A DNA stretch of 64,000 nt from Candidatus Bathyarchaeota archaeon (GCA_963702095.1 OY969706.1:288001-352000), one strand, 5' to 3'. Shown: positions 48,628 through 58,578, counted from the first letter of the stretch. Notes: a model not told the origin generated them from the sequence alone. Numbers and translations are program-made.

Positions 48628-50145
48628 TTACTGTTTCTGTTTGCCGTTGTAATCCGTCGAAAGCACATTCATTCCGCTAAGCACTGCTTCGATGCTGGCT
48701 TTAACGATGTCCTCGCGCACGCCCATGGCGGTGACGGTTCGGTTGCCGCGGCGCATGTGCACGACGACTTCCACCATGGCGTCTGTGCCACCCGTGATGG
48801 CTTTAACGTTGTATTGCTCAAGCGTGATGGGCTGGGTTTCTTTGATAGCGTCTTTGACCGCGTTTATGGTGGCGTCGACGGGGCCGACTCCTATGGCGCT
48901 GCCCCAGACGTCTTTGCCGTTGAGTTTGAGGCGCACCGACGCAGTGGAGGTGACTTTGTTGCCGCCCACAAACGTCATTTCCTCGAGTACAATCGGCTTT
49001 TCACCGCTCAACCCCATGACGGTTTCAGCGATAGCAAGTACGTCGGCATCCATGACTGTTTTGCCCTTGTCGCCGAGCTCTTTTATGCGTTGGAATATGT
49101 CGCGGAACTGCTCTTCCGTGGGTTTGAGACCCATGTATGCAAGGTCTGCTTTGATGGCATTGCTGCCGCTGTGTTTGCCCGGGGCGATGCGACGTGTGCA
49201 ACCGACGAGTTCAGGCGCGATGGGCTCATAGGTTAAGGGGTTTGCGAGTACGCCTTGGGTATGGATGCCGCTTTCGTGGGTGAAAGCGTTTTCGCCGACG
49301 ACGGCTTTGTTGGGTTGGGTGTGGATTCCTGTTAGGCGGCTGACTAATTGCGAAGTGTTATAGAGCAACTCAGTTTTGATGTTGAGGTCCAACTTGTAGA
49401 GGCTACGCAGGGTGATGACGATTTCTTCAAGCGCCGCGTTACCTGCACGTTCACCCAAACCGTTGATGGTGCCATGTGCTTCCTGTGCGCCCGCGCCCAA
49501 TGCGGCGACGGTGTTGGCGACTGCCATGCCGAAGTCGTTGTGGCAGTGCACGCCGACGGGCACCTTGATTTTTTCTGTTAATTTAGTGAAATATTCGAAG
49601 CTGCGGTCAGGTGTTAGGATGCCTACGGTGTCGCATGGTGTGACGCGGTCCGCTCCGCAGTTAATGGCGGTCTGGAACACTTTGACTAGGTAGTCAAAGT
49701 CCGAGCGTGTAGCGTCCTCGGCGAGCAAGTCGACTTTTAAGCCGTGTTCTTTAGCGTAGGAGACGCATTCCTGTGTGGCTTTGAGCACTTGTTCGCGGGT
49801 TTTGCGGAGTTTGCACTCGATATGCAAATCCGAGGTGGGTATAATCATGCTTATGGTTGAGGCGCCGCTTTTGATGACGGCGTCTATGTCGCCTCGTGTG
49901 CCTCTGCCGGCGCTGCTGACTTCTGCGCGTAAGCCCTGTTTTGCAATCACGCGTATAGCCTCCAGTTCGCCTTCAGAAACCGCTGCGAACCCAGCCTCAA
50001 TCACGTCGACGCCGAGTTCATCTAGCCTCTGGGCTATTCGCAGTTTGTTTTCAGGAGTCAAGCTTACTCCGGGTGTTTGTTCGCCATCTCTTAGGGTGGT
50101 GTCTAAAAATTTTATGGTTTTAGGGAAGCGGTTGAATAAAGCAAT
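48628..50145 (-). CDS. 2-isopropylmalate / (R)-citramalate synthase family (LeuA/CimA); start codon unclear
   Basis: FLDTTLRDGEQTPG lies upstream of the called start; HCHNDFG, GLGERAGN, HESGIH, C-terminal regulatory domain (GVGPVDA). Confidence 0.9.
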   Translation of the reverse strand: MALFNRFPKTIKFLDTTLRDGEQTPGVSLTPENKLRIAQRLDELGVDVIEAGFAAVSEGELEAIRVIAKQGLRAEVSSAGRGTRGDIDAVIKSGASTISMIIPTSDLHIECKLRKTREQVLKATQECVSYAKEHGLKVDLLAEDATRSDFDYLVKVFQTAINCGADRVTPCDTVGILTPDRSFEYFTKLTEKIKVPVGVHCHNDFGMAVANTVAALGAGAQEAHGTINGLGERAGNAALEEIVITLRSLYKLDLNIKTELLYNTSQLVSRLTGIHTQPNKAVVGENAFTHESGIHTQGVLANPLTYEPIAPELVGCTRRIAPGKHSGSNAIKADLAYMGLKPTEEQFRDIFQRIKELGDKGKTVMDADVLAIAETVMGLSGEKPIVLEEMTFVGGNKVTSTASVRLKLNGKDVWGSAIGVGPVDATINAVKDAIKETQPITLEQYNVKAITGGTDAMVEVVVHMRRGNRTVTAMGVREDIVKASIEAVLSGMNVLSTDYNGKQKQ

Positions 50146-50258
50146 ACCCCATTGTAATCACGTACCTGTTCTCAGCGTCAAGCGCAGATATAAAAATTAT
50201 GGTGTTTAGGATTCACCGTACATCCCACCTGCCAGCTTAGATGGCTAACACTTGCGGG

Positions 50259-50579
50259 TTAGGCTGTCTTAGGCAACTTCACAACAAGGAACCTAAAGAC
50301 ACCTTCTCCAGTGTTGCGGAGAAGATGCGGAATACCTTTCGGGCTGTCAACTATAGTGTCTTTTTCCACTTCTTGAACTTCGTCGCCGATTTCTACAGTT
50401 CCCTTGCCCTCAAGAATATAGAAAAATACATCCACAGGAGTAGTGTGTCTTTTAAGTGCCTGACCAGACATCAAAGCCATATGGATAACTTCAGCGTCCC
50501 GCGTCTCATAGATTCTTCTTGCATCGACTCCATGGGCGTTCTGGAAAGAGTTAGTTTCTTCAACCTTAATGATTTTCAT
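50259..50579 (-). CDS. Cupin domain protein
   Basis: H.TP...FYILEGKG.VEIG...SPKGIPH. Confidence 0.88.
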   Translation of the reverse strand: MKIIKVEETNSFQNAHGVDARRIYETRDAEVIHMALMSGQALKRHTTPVDVFFYILEGKGTVEIGDEVQEVEKDTIVDSPKGIPHLLRNTGEGVFRFLVVKLPKTA

Positions 50580-50746
50580 AAATACAGTATTCGCAGCGTT
50601 AATAATTTAGAGTTATCCATAATATCTTAGTGTTTCCTTTTTTTCCCTAAAAGTTAGAATTTGGTGTCCCCACAGAATGCTGACTGTGAATAGAGTTGGA
50701 TATTGTGGGAAGAATCCGCGGGTTTACCGTAACGTTTATTAGAATT

Positions 50747-50784
50747 ATCGATTATTCGATATATCGATTAAACGATATCGAATA
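50747..50784. promoter_or_regulatory. Palindromic operator upstream of padR (probable autoregulatory site)
   Basis: tcgatatatcga palindrome (50756-50767) and 10-bp inverted repeat tattcgatat (50753-50762) / atatcgaata (50775-50784), ending 10 bp before the ATG. Confidence 0.6.
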
Positions 50785-50794
50785 GGCGATAAAA

Positions 50795-51262
50795 ATGTAT
50801 GAACAAAACAACCGAGGACACCACGGACACGGACACCACCCAGGCTGCGGACACCACCGCAGACGAGGCAGCCTCCGAACCTGGGTGTTCTCCATACTCC
50901 AACAAGCACCAAAAAACGGTGCAGAAATAAGCAACCAAATAGAAGAAGCCAGCCAAGGCAACTGGAGACCATCACCAGGCTCAATTTACCCCTTGCTAGA
51001 TGAACTCTGCAAAGAGGGCAGCATAGCCAAACGGGAAGATGGGCGGTACGAAATTACCGAAAGAGGCAAACAGGAATTTGAGTGGCCTTACAACAACGCA
51101 GCAAGACAACCACGGTCCTTAGACGACGTAGTAGAGGAAATGAATAGTTACCTATCCTATATTGAAGACCTAAAACGCATGGATCCCGCAAAGATTGCCC
51201 CCAACATGGATAAACTGAAAACCCTCAGAGACCGCCTAACAACCATCATTGACACACCTTGA
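50795..51262 (+). CDS. PadR-family transcriptional regulator with His-rich N-terminus
   Basis: GSLR..V..IL..P.NG.EI, WRPSPGSIYPLL, YEITERG. Confidence 0.92.
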   Translation: MYEQNNRGHHGHGHHPGCGHHRRRGSLRTWVFSILQQAPKNGAEISNQIEEASQGNWRPSPGSIYPLLDELCKEGSIAKREDGRYEITERGKQEFEWPYNNAARQPRSLDDVVEEMNSYLSYIEDLKRMDPAKIAPNMDKLKTLRDRLTTIIDTP

Positions 51263-51311
51263 ATACAAATACAAAATTGAACTCTACAAAATTTCATGGG
51301 GGGATTTACTT

Positions 51312-52073
51312 ATGGAAGATTCTAAAAATCTGTGTTTAACCCTACATGATTCTGAGTGTGAATCGAGCAAAAGCATGCAAGACTACCTCAAAGCAATAGT
51401 AGCCCTATCAAACAGTGACGACTGGGTTACAACCACCCAAATCAGCCGATACCTCAAAATAGCGTCCCCAAGCGTCACTTCAATGCTAAAAAAACTATCA
51501 AAAAACAGTTACGCAACCTACAGACCCTACCACGGAATCACGCTTACTCCGAAAGGCATTAGGGAATCCCAAAAAATCACACGCAAACACATGCTACTGG
51601 AGAAACTCTTTTCAGACGTGTTACCTATCCAAAAAAGTCATATAGACTCTCAAGCCTGCGCCATGGAACACTCCATATCCGACGACGTGGAAGCAGCATT
51701 GTGCCGCTATCTCCATCACCCAGACAGATGCCCCGACGGCAAAATCATACCTGCCTGCGACCGCCCATGCATAACATGCCAAGAATGCATCGCCCTGCAC
51801 AATAAAGGCTTGCAAATAGTTAAGAGACGCCAGCAAAACCTGCACTCAATATATGACCTCAAAGCCAAAGACACCGCAAAAATCGCGTTCATCAGGGAAG
51901 AGCAACCGATGCTTCAAAGGATTTTCGATATGGGCCTAATCATTGGAACCGAAGTAACAATCGAGAGAATCATCTCGGCGAATGAAGCAGTAGAGGTTAA
52001 AGTAGGAGGGTCAAATGTTCTGATGGGTCAAGACGTCGCGGCTAAGGTGTTTGTTGAATTGATTAGCCAATAG
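51312..52073 (+). CDS. DtxR/MntR-family metal-dependent regulator with C-terminal FeoA domain
   Basis: QDYLKAI, SPSVTSMLKKL, RKHMLLE, ACAMEH, PDRCPDG; FeoA-like tail. Confidence 0.9.
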   Translation: MEDSKNLCLTLHDSECESSKSMQDYLKAIVALSNSDDWVTTTQISRYLKIASPSVTSMLKKLSKNSYATYRPYHGITLTPKGIRESQKITRKHMLLEKLFSDVLPIQKSHIDSQACAMEHSISDDVEAALCRYLHHPDRCPDGKIIPACDRPCITCQECIALHNKGLQIVKRRQQNLHSIYDLKAKDTAKIAFIREEQPMLQRIFDMGLIIGTEVTIERIISANEAVEVKVGGSNVLMGQDVAAKVFVELISQ

Positions 52074-52101
52074 AAGAAAATACTCCCTCCTTAACAATGG
52101 A

Positions 52102-52257
52102 TTAAAGGGTTTTCTTTCTGCTTGAGGATTTGCCCTCAACCAGCCAGCAACCTGCACCGCAACCAGAAAATAAAATGCAACCACCAGCAAAACCCACAGG
52201 AAGAAGAAGAGTAGGGGACCACTGCCTTCTTCTTAAACTAAAAAAACAAAAAAGCCC
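52102..52257 (+). repeat. Dispersed intergenic element family A, copy 4
   Basis: ttaaagggttttctttctgcttgaggatttgccctcaaccagccagcaa ... cccacaggaagaagaagagtaggggaccactgccttcttcttaaactaaaaaaacaaaaaagccc. Confidence 0.9.
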
Positions 52258-52445
52258 AGTTTTGATTAGCCGTTAAATAAGGGAGGGATGGTAGTGGCAG
52301 AGTAACAAACCATTTTCAGTCCAACGTTCATCAAGAAGTGCATTCAGTTTTTTCTGTGTTTAATGGGATCATGGAATAATTTAAAATAACCCCTTTTGTT
52401 TATATGAGAGAAACACACAACTAAAGACGCAAGGAAGAGAGAACT

Positions 52446-52646
52446 ATGAGCGATGAAGGCGACACATTCTGGGTTTCGTTATACGAAAGACTCTTCGGAT
52501 TAATACTACTCGTAATCGGCGGAATACTCCTCTATTACAGTGCTACATCTGGTGATCTCGGCGGGTTTGCCGCGTTCTTTGGGTTCCTTAGCGTAATCAT
52601 GCTCATCTTAGGCATCATTCTACTAATCGTGAAACCGCCCCAGTAA
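52446..52646 (+). CDS. Small two-TM membrane protein
   Basis: 66 aa, ATG start, two hydrophobic helices. Confidence 0.7.
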   Translation: MSDEGDTFWVSLYERLFGLILLVIGGILLYYSATSGDLGGFAAFFGFLSVIMLILGIILLIVKPPQ

Positions 52647-52653
52647 AAAGGGT

Positions 52654-52971
52654 TTATTCTCTTCTTTCAACCACGATGCGGCAGTTAGCAACCAACGCAG
52701 CAATTACACCCAATGCTGCTAACCAAGGAGCTAAAACCACGCCGACCACGCCTACGGTGGCTGGAATCTCAAGCAGAGTTTTACCTGCCTCATCCTTAAC
52801 GATTATACGTGTTACGTTGCCTTCGTGGAGCAATTCACCGACTCGGTCAACCACGTCTTTGCCTGAAACAGTGTATTCTTCGCTACTGAATTTGGGGGCT
52901 GATGCACCGCAGACGGCGCAGTATTTGTCGGTGTCTTTTAGGGGAGCACCACATTTGACACAGTAGGGCAA
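52654..52971 (-). CDS. Zinc-ribbon + DUF4342 domain protein
   Basis: TTG start after GGTGAT; CVKCG...YCAVCG then V.ELLHEGNVTRIIVK...LLEIP. Confidence 0.85.
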   Translation of the reverse strand: MPYCVKCGAPLKDTDKYCAVCGASAPKFSSEEYTVSGKDVVDRVGELLHEGNVTRIIVKDEAGKTLLEIPATVGVVGVVLAPWLAALGVIAALVANCRIVVERRE

Positions 52972-53122
52972 ACAATCACCAATCCAAAGAAGGCAAAAAC
53001 AGCATAAAAGCTTATCCTGCAAGCAAAGGTAGATTAGCAACGCAAAACACAATTACAATCAGCGGATTTATTAACCCACAACCCCACAATCAACCCTCAA
53101 CACAATTGTAAAGAGGAGAAAA

Positions 53123-55021
53123 GTGAAGATGCCCATACGCCAACCAATCGTCTGTGTTCTAGGACACGTAGATTCAGGCAAAACATCACTGTTAGATGCC
53201 CTAAGAAAAACCAACGTGCAACTCCGCGAGGCAGGAGGCATGACCCAGCATATCGGCGCAAGCTTCTTCCCCGTTGAAACCCTCAAACAACTCATCGGAC
53301 CCTACATGGGCACCTTCAAAACAGGCATCGAAATCCCCGGGCTCCTTATCGTCGACACACCGGGACACGAAGCCTTCACTAACCTGCGGCGCAGAGGCGG
53401 AAGCGTCGCTGACATCGCCATTCTAGTCGTGAATGCTGTCCGCGGTTTTGAAACACAAACCTTCGAGTGTATAGAAATCCTCAAAGCCAAAAAAACCCCT
53501 TTCATCGTCGCCGTCAACCAAATAGACCGCGTACCCGGCTGGAAACCCCAGGAGAACGCCCCTTTCCTCAAATCGTACGCGGCGCAATCGAGTTTTGTGC
53601 AGGAAGAACTAAACAACCGCCTCTACATAGTCATGGGCGAGTTTAGCCGCCTCCAATTCAAAACCGACCGCTTTGACCACATAAAAGATTTCACCCAAAA
53701 CATCGCTTTGGTGCCAACCAGCGCCAAAACCGGCGAAGGCCTATCCGAATTAGTCATGGTTCTAGTAGGGTTAACTCAGCAGTTCCTCAAAAAACGCCTC
53801 CAAACCACAGACAGCGCAGCAAAAGCCGCAATTTTAGAAGTTAAAGAAGAGCCAGGCTTAGGCATAACGTTAAACACCATAGTCTACGACGGCACGTTAC
53901 ACAGAGACGACTTAGTTGTCGTCGGCGGCAGAAACGGTCCGATTTCAGCACGTGTCCGCACCATTCTAGTCCCTAAACCGCTTGATGAAATGCGTGATCC
54001 ACGCGACAAATTCACCAGCGTCGACCGCGTGTACGCAAGCGCTGGAGTTAAAATTGTTGGCCCAGATTTAGCGGATGCTTTAGCTGGTGCACCGCTGCTC
54101 GCTGTTCCACCCGGCGAAGACGTTGCCAAGTACTGTCGGCTAATCACAGAGGAAATTGGCAGAATCAAAATCGCCAAGGAAATCGACGGCGTCATCGTCA
54201 AAGCCGACACCTTGGGTTCATTGGAGGCGATGGCGGAAATCCTCAAAGCCAATAACGTGCAGGTTCGCATTGCAGACATCGGCGACATAAGCAAACGCGA
54301 TGTCATCGAAGCCTCGGTGGTTAAGCAGCGGGAACCCCTCGTCGGCGCCATCCTTGCCTTCGGCGTCAAAACCTTACCTGATGCTGAAACGGAGGCGGAA
54401 GCTAACGGCGTCAAAATCTTCCACGACCCCATTGTTTACAACCTCATCGACAGCTACCTTGAATGGGTGAAAGATAAACGCGAGCGCAAGAGCGAAGAAG
54501 AGTTTGAGGCGCTCACTAAACCCGGCAAAGTGATGGTTTTGCCTAACTGTATCTTCAGAAGAGCTAAACCCTTAGTTGTGGGCGTGGAAATTCAAGGCGG
54601 CAGAATTAAGCCTAAGGTGTCGCTTATTCGTAAAGAAGACGGCTCTGACTTGGGTGAAATCGAGCAAATTCAGGATAAAGGCAAAGCCATCGGCGAAGCT
54701 AAAGCGGGAGCCGAAGTTGCGATTTCAATGGATAAACCCATCGCGGGCAGACACATATTCGAACGCGACGTACTCTACGTTAAGGTGCCTGAAAAAGACG
54801 CTAAAATCCTCCTAACTTCGCATTCGGACGATTTAACAGCTGAAGAGCAGGATACTCTCAGGGAATATGTTAACATGATGCGTAAGAAAGTGCCTTTTTG
54901 GGCAGGCGTTATGTCAGCTAGGCTTCTTTTGAAGCATAGTGTCAGTATGCCGTCGATGCAGAGTGTTGAGAGTTTGCCTTCTGTGTCCTCTTTAATACAG
55001 AGCGGTTTTAGGCCGCATTGA
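53123..55021 (+). CDS. infB: Translation initiation factor aIF5B (IF-2); true stop probably near 54930
   Basis: RQPIVCVLGHVDSGKT, TQHIGA, DTPGHE, KADTLGSLEA; homology ends at RKKVPFWAG. Confidence 0.96.
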   Translation: MKMPIRQPIVCVLGHVDSGKTSLLDALRKTNVQLREAGGMTQHIGASFFPVETLKQLIGPYMGTFKTGIEIPGLLIVDTPGHEAFTNLRRRGGSVADIAILVVNAVRGFETQTFECIEILKAKKTPFIVAVNQIDRVPGWKPQENAPFLKSYAAQSSFVQEELNNRLYIVMGEFSRLQFKTDRFDHIKDFTQNIALVPTSAKTGEGLSELVMVLVGLTQQFLKKRLQTTDSAAKAAILEVKEEPGLGITLNTIVYDGTLHRDDLVVVGGRNGPISARVRTILVPKPLDEMRDPRDKFTSVDRVYASAGVKIVGPDLADALAGAPLLAVPPGEDVAKYCRLITEEIGRIKIAKEIDGVIVKADTLGSLEAMAEILKANNVQVRIADIGDISKRDVIEASVVKQREPLVGAILAFGVKTLPDAETEAEANGVKIFHDPIVYNLIDSYLEWVKDKRERKSEEEFEALTKPGKVMVLPNCIFRRAKPLVVGVEIQGGRIKPKVSLIRKEDGSDLGEIEQIQDKGKAIGEAKAGAEVAISMDKPIAGRHIFERDVLYVKVPEKDAKILLTSHSDDLTAEEQDTLREYVNMMRKKVPFWAGVMSARLLLKHSVSMPSMQSVESLPSVSSLIQSGFRPH

Positions 55022-55500
55022 GGGCAAATCTTGTGGGTCACGTCGGTTATTTTCATTTCAAGCATGCCATTAGCACTTAGGACTTCATGGGCGAATTTGA
55101 GGTACTTGCCCTCTGCAATCCGTGGCACACCGTATTTGCCCTTATCTAAACCGCCTGTGGCAACAAAGTATTCGTAGAGCCGTTTAGCGCCCTTTTTAGA
55201 GTTGCAACTTTTGCATACCCAGACCACGTTTTTTTCGTTGTCTGGACCGTTAAAATGCCGTGGGAGAAGGTGGTCTAGGGTGAGGTTAGTTTGGGCGCCG
55301 CAGTAGATGCATTCGTTTATCTGCCTTTCTTTGATGAATTCTCTTAGTTCGTTCCAGCTAATTGACCCTTGTTTTAACAGTTTAAACTTGCTTGTGACAA
55401 AACCCCAATCTTTCTTGCTAAAACCCGCCGACTCAGAAATTATTTTTGCGTATTGCCAATAGATGAGGTCTCCGACGCTTTTAACTACTGCAGGCGGCAA
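54775..55500 (-). CDS. HNH endonuclease with Cys-rich C-terminus; true stop probably near 54918
   Basis: CIYCG...LTLDHLLP...GPD...N.VWVCKSCNSKKG. Confidence 0.85.
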   Translation of the reverse strand: MPPAVVKSVGDLIYWQYAKIISESAGFSKKDWGFVTSKFKLLKQGSISWNELREFIKERQINECIYCGAQTNLTLDHLLPRHFNGPDNEKNVVWVCKSCNSKKGAKRLYEYFVATGGLDKGKYGVPRIAEGKYLKFAHEVLSANGMLEMKITDVTHKICPQCGLKPLCIKEDTEGKLSTLCIDGILTLCFKRSLADITPAQKGTFLRIMLTYSLRVSCSSAVKSSECEVRRILASFSGTLT

Positions 55501-55581
55501 AGGGGCTGCTCCTAATTTGGGGTTGTCTTGTGTATTGTTTGGTTTCCTTTTAGATTTTTCGATGCCAGACGAAAATCCCTG

Positions 55582-56613
55582 TTACCGATCAAAAAGGGGA
55601 AATGTCAGTGTAAAGCGGTATGGCGGAGTTGGCGTTGCCGTGGTGGTTGTTTGGAGAGCCAAGAAGTTTTTGAAGGTGCTGTAAGCCTGTTTGGGTGCAT
55701 AGTTTCTGTCTGAGCCATAAGTTAAGCCCCAGCCATCGTCATTTGTAGGCGGATAGTGCACGTCGTTTAGTTCGTACCAAAACGTGACGGCAACCGATGA
55801 GTCACCCCGTAATACCCCAGTTGACGGCGCCAACGTCGACTTGAGATAGCTGTCTTGGTCCGACTCTGAGATGCTGGCGGTTGTTGCTCCGCACTCTGTT
55901 ACCCAGATGGGTTTGGCTCCATCGACATCGTTTTTGATGTCTTCAAAATCAGTTTGCCCATAGGCTCCATAGTAGTGGCAGGAGACAGCGTCAAGATAAT
56001 TCAGTACACCCAAGCCGATTAACTGCTGCAGATATGCTGCGCCGGCGCTGTTGCAGGCAACTGCTGGACCCACGATGATGGCGCTGGGATTCACCGCTTT
56101 GATTGTGTCATGTGCCATTTTGAGAAACTGCAGGTATTGAGATGCAGGCATGGGACCGCCTATCCACCAAGACTGCTCAACCTCGTTGCCCACTTCCCAC
56201 GCAGGCATATCGGGCGCCATGTTGACTGCTGCTGTGAGGAACGTTTGGGTTTTGTTTGCCCATTCGGGGTCACTGGTTGAAGCGGATGTGTATTGAACCA
56301 GCAGGGCAAGCATGCTGATGTTGAGAGATTTGAGGTCTCTCCAGCATTGGGTATCCAGTTGCGTGTTTAGCCAATCTGAGCGTACCCATAATGGTCCTGA
56401 AGAGCGTAAATCAGAGAGAGTGGGAAGTGTATCTGGGTATTCGGCGTCATTGCCTTCGTCGGGGTCTATTTGGAGGGCAACTCCATATTGGGGACTTATA
56501 GCGTTAGAGCTTACTTCGAAAAGTACACCTCTAGTTACGTAGAGGCTTACAATTATGAGGAGCAGGATGAGAAAAAACGCCAAGCTCTTGGTTTTTGAAT
56601 TAAAAAACTGCAT
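55582..56613 (-). CDS. Secreted clan GH-A glycoside hydrolase (GH5/GH39-like)
   Basis: N-terminal signal/TM, WEVGNE acid/base, DAVSCHYY, PIWVTECG nucleophile, FWY. Confidence 0.8.
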   Translation of the reverse strand: MQFFNSKTKSLAFFLILLLIIVSLYVTRGVLFEVSSNAISPQYGVALQIDPDEGNDAEYPDTLPTLSDLRSSGPLWVRSDWLNTQLDTQCWRDLKSLNISMLALLVQYTSASTSDPEWANKTQTFLTAAVNMAPDMPAWEVGNEVEQSWWIGGPMPASQYLQFLKMAHDTIKAVNPSAIIVGPAVACNSAGAAYLQQLIGLGVLNYLDAVSCHYYGAYGQTDFEDIKNDVDGAKPIWVTECGATTASISESDQDSYLKSTLAPSTGVLRGDSSVAVTFWYELNDVHYPPTNDDGWGLTYGSDRNYAPKQAYSTFKNFLALQTTTTATPTPPYRFTLTFPLFDR

Positions 56614-56770
56614 AGCTATTCCTTCTTTGAGGGGCAATGCTTCTATGACTAGGTGTGTCCATAAGTTAATAAATTGGATGTATCTGCGAGAAACAATACG
56701 CTTGATTTTGCGTTGTTAAGACAGTCGGTTACAACAAAGCCTTATCCTGAACCTGAGTTGAGTGGTATTT

Positions 56771-56905
56771 ATGACAGAGAAAGAAACGGAGAAGGAAATC
56801 GAGGAAAACCTCAAAAAACACAGGTTTACGCCACCAATGGATACAGCCGAAGACCCCCAGCATGACCAGCATATCAAGAAAATGCGTGAGCAACAGAAAA
56901 GATAA
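56771..56905 (+). CDS. Small charged hypothetical protein (44 aa)
   Basis: MTEKETEKEIEENLKKHRFTPPMDTAEDPQHDQHIKKMREQQKR with ATG, TAA, upstream GAGTGGT and downstream T-run. Confidence 0.5.
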   Translation: MTEKETEKEIEENLKKHRFTPPMDTAEDPQHDQHIKKMREQQKR

Positions 56906-56955
56906 GCCTTTTTTGTTTGAGCCAACATTAAGTGACCTTTAGAGGCGCATCCTGA

Positions 56956-57723
56956 GTGAAGTTGAGTTTATCCAACGGAATCTTCAGCAAGCGTCCTATA
57001 GATGATAACATTAGCGCCATAAAACAGCTCGGTTTCCAAAACGTGGAGTTTAACATGAAATCCATAAAAAAGGAGCATGACACCGACGTTTTCCGTGAAC
57101 CGAGAGCGCTAGCTGCCTCAGGACTAAACTGCTTAACCCTCCACTCAGCCGTTCTGCATATTAAAAACCCCATAGAAGTCCATCAAGCAGTGTACTATGG
57201 CAAGATTTCGCTGGAATGCGCCCGAGCACTCAACTTGCGCTTGATGACTGTGCATTCATTCATTGCCAAAGCGTTGCCCAAGAGTCAAAGGGAAGAATGC
57301 TTAACGGAAGTTTTTGGGCAGATTAAGCCGTTCGCGAAAAAATTGAATATCAAATTGGCTTTGGAGAATCTATCGTTTACATCCACGGGGTTCGGTATTA
57401 ACGTGGAGCAGCTGGAAGAGGTGTTAGGCATCATTGATCCCGAAGGCGACATGGGGATTACTTTTGATTTGTGCCATGCGTTGGAAACTGGTGTTATGGA
57501 TGAATTGCTCGACAAGTATGGATGCCGTGTCTGCAACGTGCACATGGCTAACAGAAGCCACCAACCCTTTACAGAGGAAACCCCCGAGTTAAAGCAGTTC
57601 CTATCCGTCCTGCATGGTTACGGGTATCAGGGGCCGATAACGTTGGAGCTTGAACATAAGACGCCCATGGAAGAAATCGCTAAAACCAAAGCCTTCTTTG
57701 AACGCTTACTAGAAAAGTATTAA
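56956..57723 (+). CDS. Sugar phosphate isomerase/epimerase (AP endonuclease 2 TIM barrel)
   Basis: GFQNVE, LALENL, TFDLCH, NVH, GYQGPITLE. Confidence 0.88.
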   Translation: MKLSLSNGIFSKRPIDDNISAIKQLGFQNVEFNMKSIKKEHDTDVFREPRALAASGLNCLTLHSAVLHIKNPIEVHQAVYYGKISLECARALNLRLMTVHSFIAKALPKSQREECLTEVFGQIKPFAKKLNIKLALENLSFTSTGFGINVEQLEEVLGIIDPEGDMGITFDLCHALETGVMDELLDKYGCRVCNVHMANRSHQPFTEETPELKQFLSVLHGYGYQGPITLELEHKTPMEEIAKTKAFFERLLEKY

Positions 57724-58574
57724 GTTGTTCTGAAGCTCACGGCTGCGTAGCCGACGACGCTTGAGTGGTCGCCTGTTATGTCGCCGCTGTTGTGGTAACC
57801 CAGAAGCTGGGCTTTAGCACAGACACCCACGGCGTAGGTGATTAGGCTGGTTATGGGGGCGTAGCCGCAGGCGGTTATGTTTTGAGTTTCGACGGTGGTG
57901 TAGAAGCCTTTGGCGTTTAGCGCAGTGACTTCTTTTAGGGCGGCGTGGTCTTTGGCGGCGGCTTCTTTTGCTGGTTCGTAGTGGGTCATGTCTGAGGAGG
58001 CAATGACCACGGTGTTGGTTGCGTCTAGGGCTTCTGTTAGTGCTCTGCCGATTTCGACGGCTGAATCGTAATCTTGCATCAAGTAGCAGATGGGCACTAT
58101 CTTGAAGCTGTTGCCATAGAGGTACTGCAGAAAAGGCAGTTGCACCTCAAGGGAATGCTCGTAGCGGTGGGCAGTCTCGTCGGTGTCTAAGATTTTTGTT
58201 TCGTGCAAGATATCATCGACTAATTTGGTGTCGATTTCAACGTTGCCCAAGGGTGTCTGCCAGGCGCCTTCCCGCATAACCGAGAGGGCACTGCCGTAGC
58301 CTGTGTGGTTGGGGCCTAAAAGCACGACTGTGTCTGGTTTGCCGTCTTGGGCTAATTCATAATAAGACAGGGCTGCCACGGGGCCACTGTACATGTAGCC
58401 TGCATGGGGGCAAATTAAACCCACGATGCTACGTGGGTGAGTTGAGGTATTGACTTGAGGGAGTTTTTGGGGTCCAAGTTTGTGGAGAAAACAACCGCTA
58501 AGTTGTGCTCTGAGTGCTTCGGCGGTGCCCTCATAAAATTGAGAAGCAACAACTGCACGCCGAAGATGAGACAA
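57720..58574 (-). CDS. amrB: MEMO1 family protein (AmmeMemoRadiSam system protein B)
   Basis: PHAGYMYSG, GPNHTG, WQTPLG, EHSLEVQLPFLQ, ASSDMTHY, VVGYAA; fused to rps2 in the ORF track only because of an indel. Confidence 0.92.
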   Translation of the reverse strand: MSHLRRAVVASQFYEGTAEALRAQLSGCFLHKLGPQKLPQVNTSTHPRSIVGLICPHAGYMYSGPVAALSYYELAQDGKPDTVVLLGPNHTGYGSALSVMREGAWQTPLGNVEIDTKLVDDILHETKILDTDETAHRYEHSLEVQLPFLQYLYGNSFKIVPICYLMQDYDSAVEIGRALTEALDATNTVVIASSDMTHYEPAKEAAAKDHAALKEVTALNAKGFYTTVETQNITACGYAPITSLITYAVGVCAKAQLLGYHNSGDITGDHSSVVGYAAVSFRTT

Positions 58575-58578
58575 CTTT

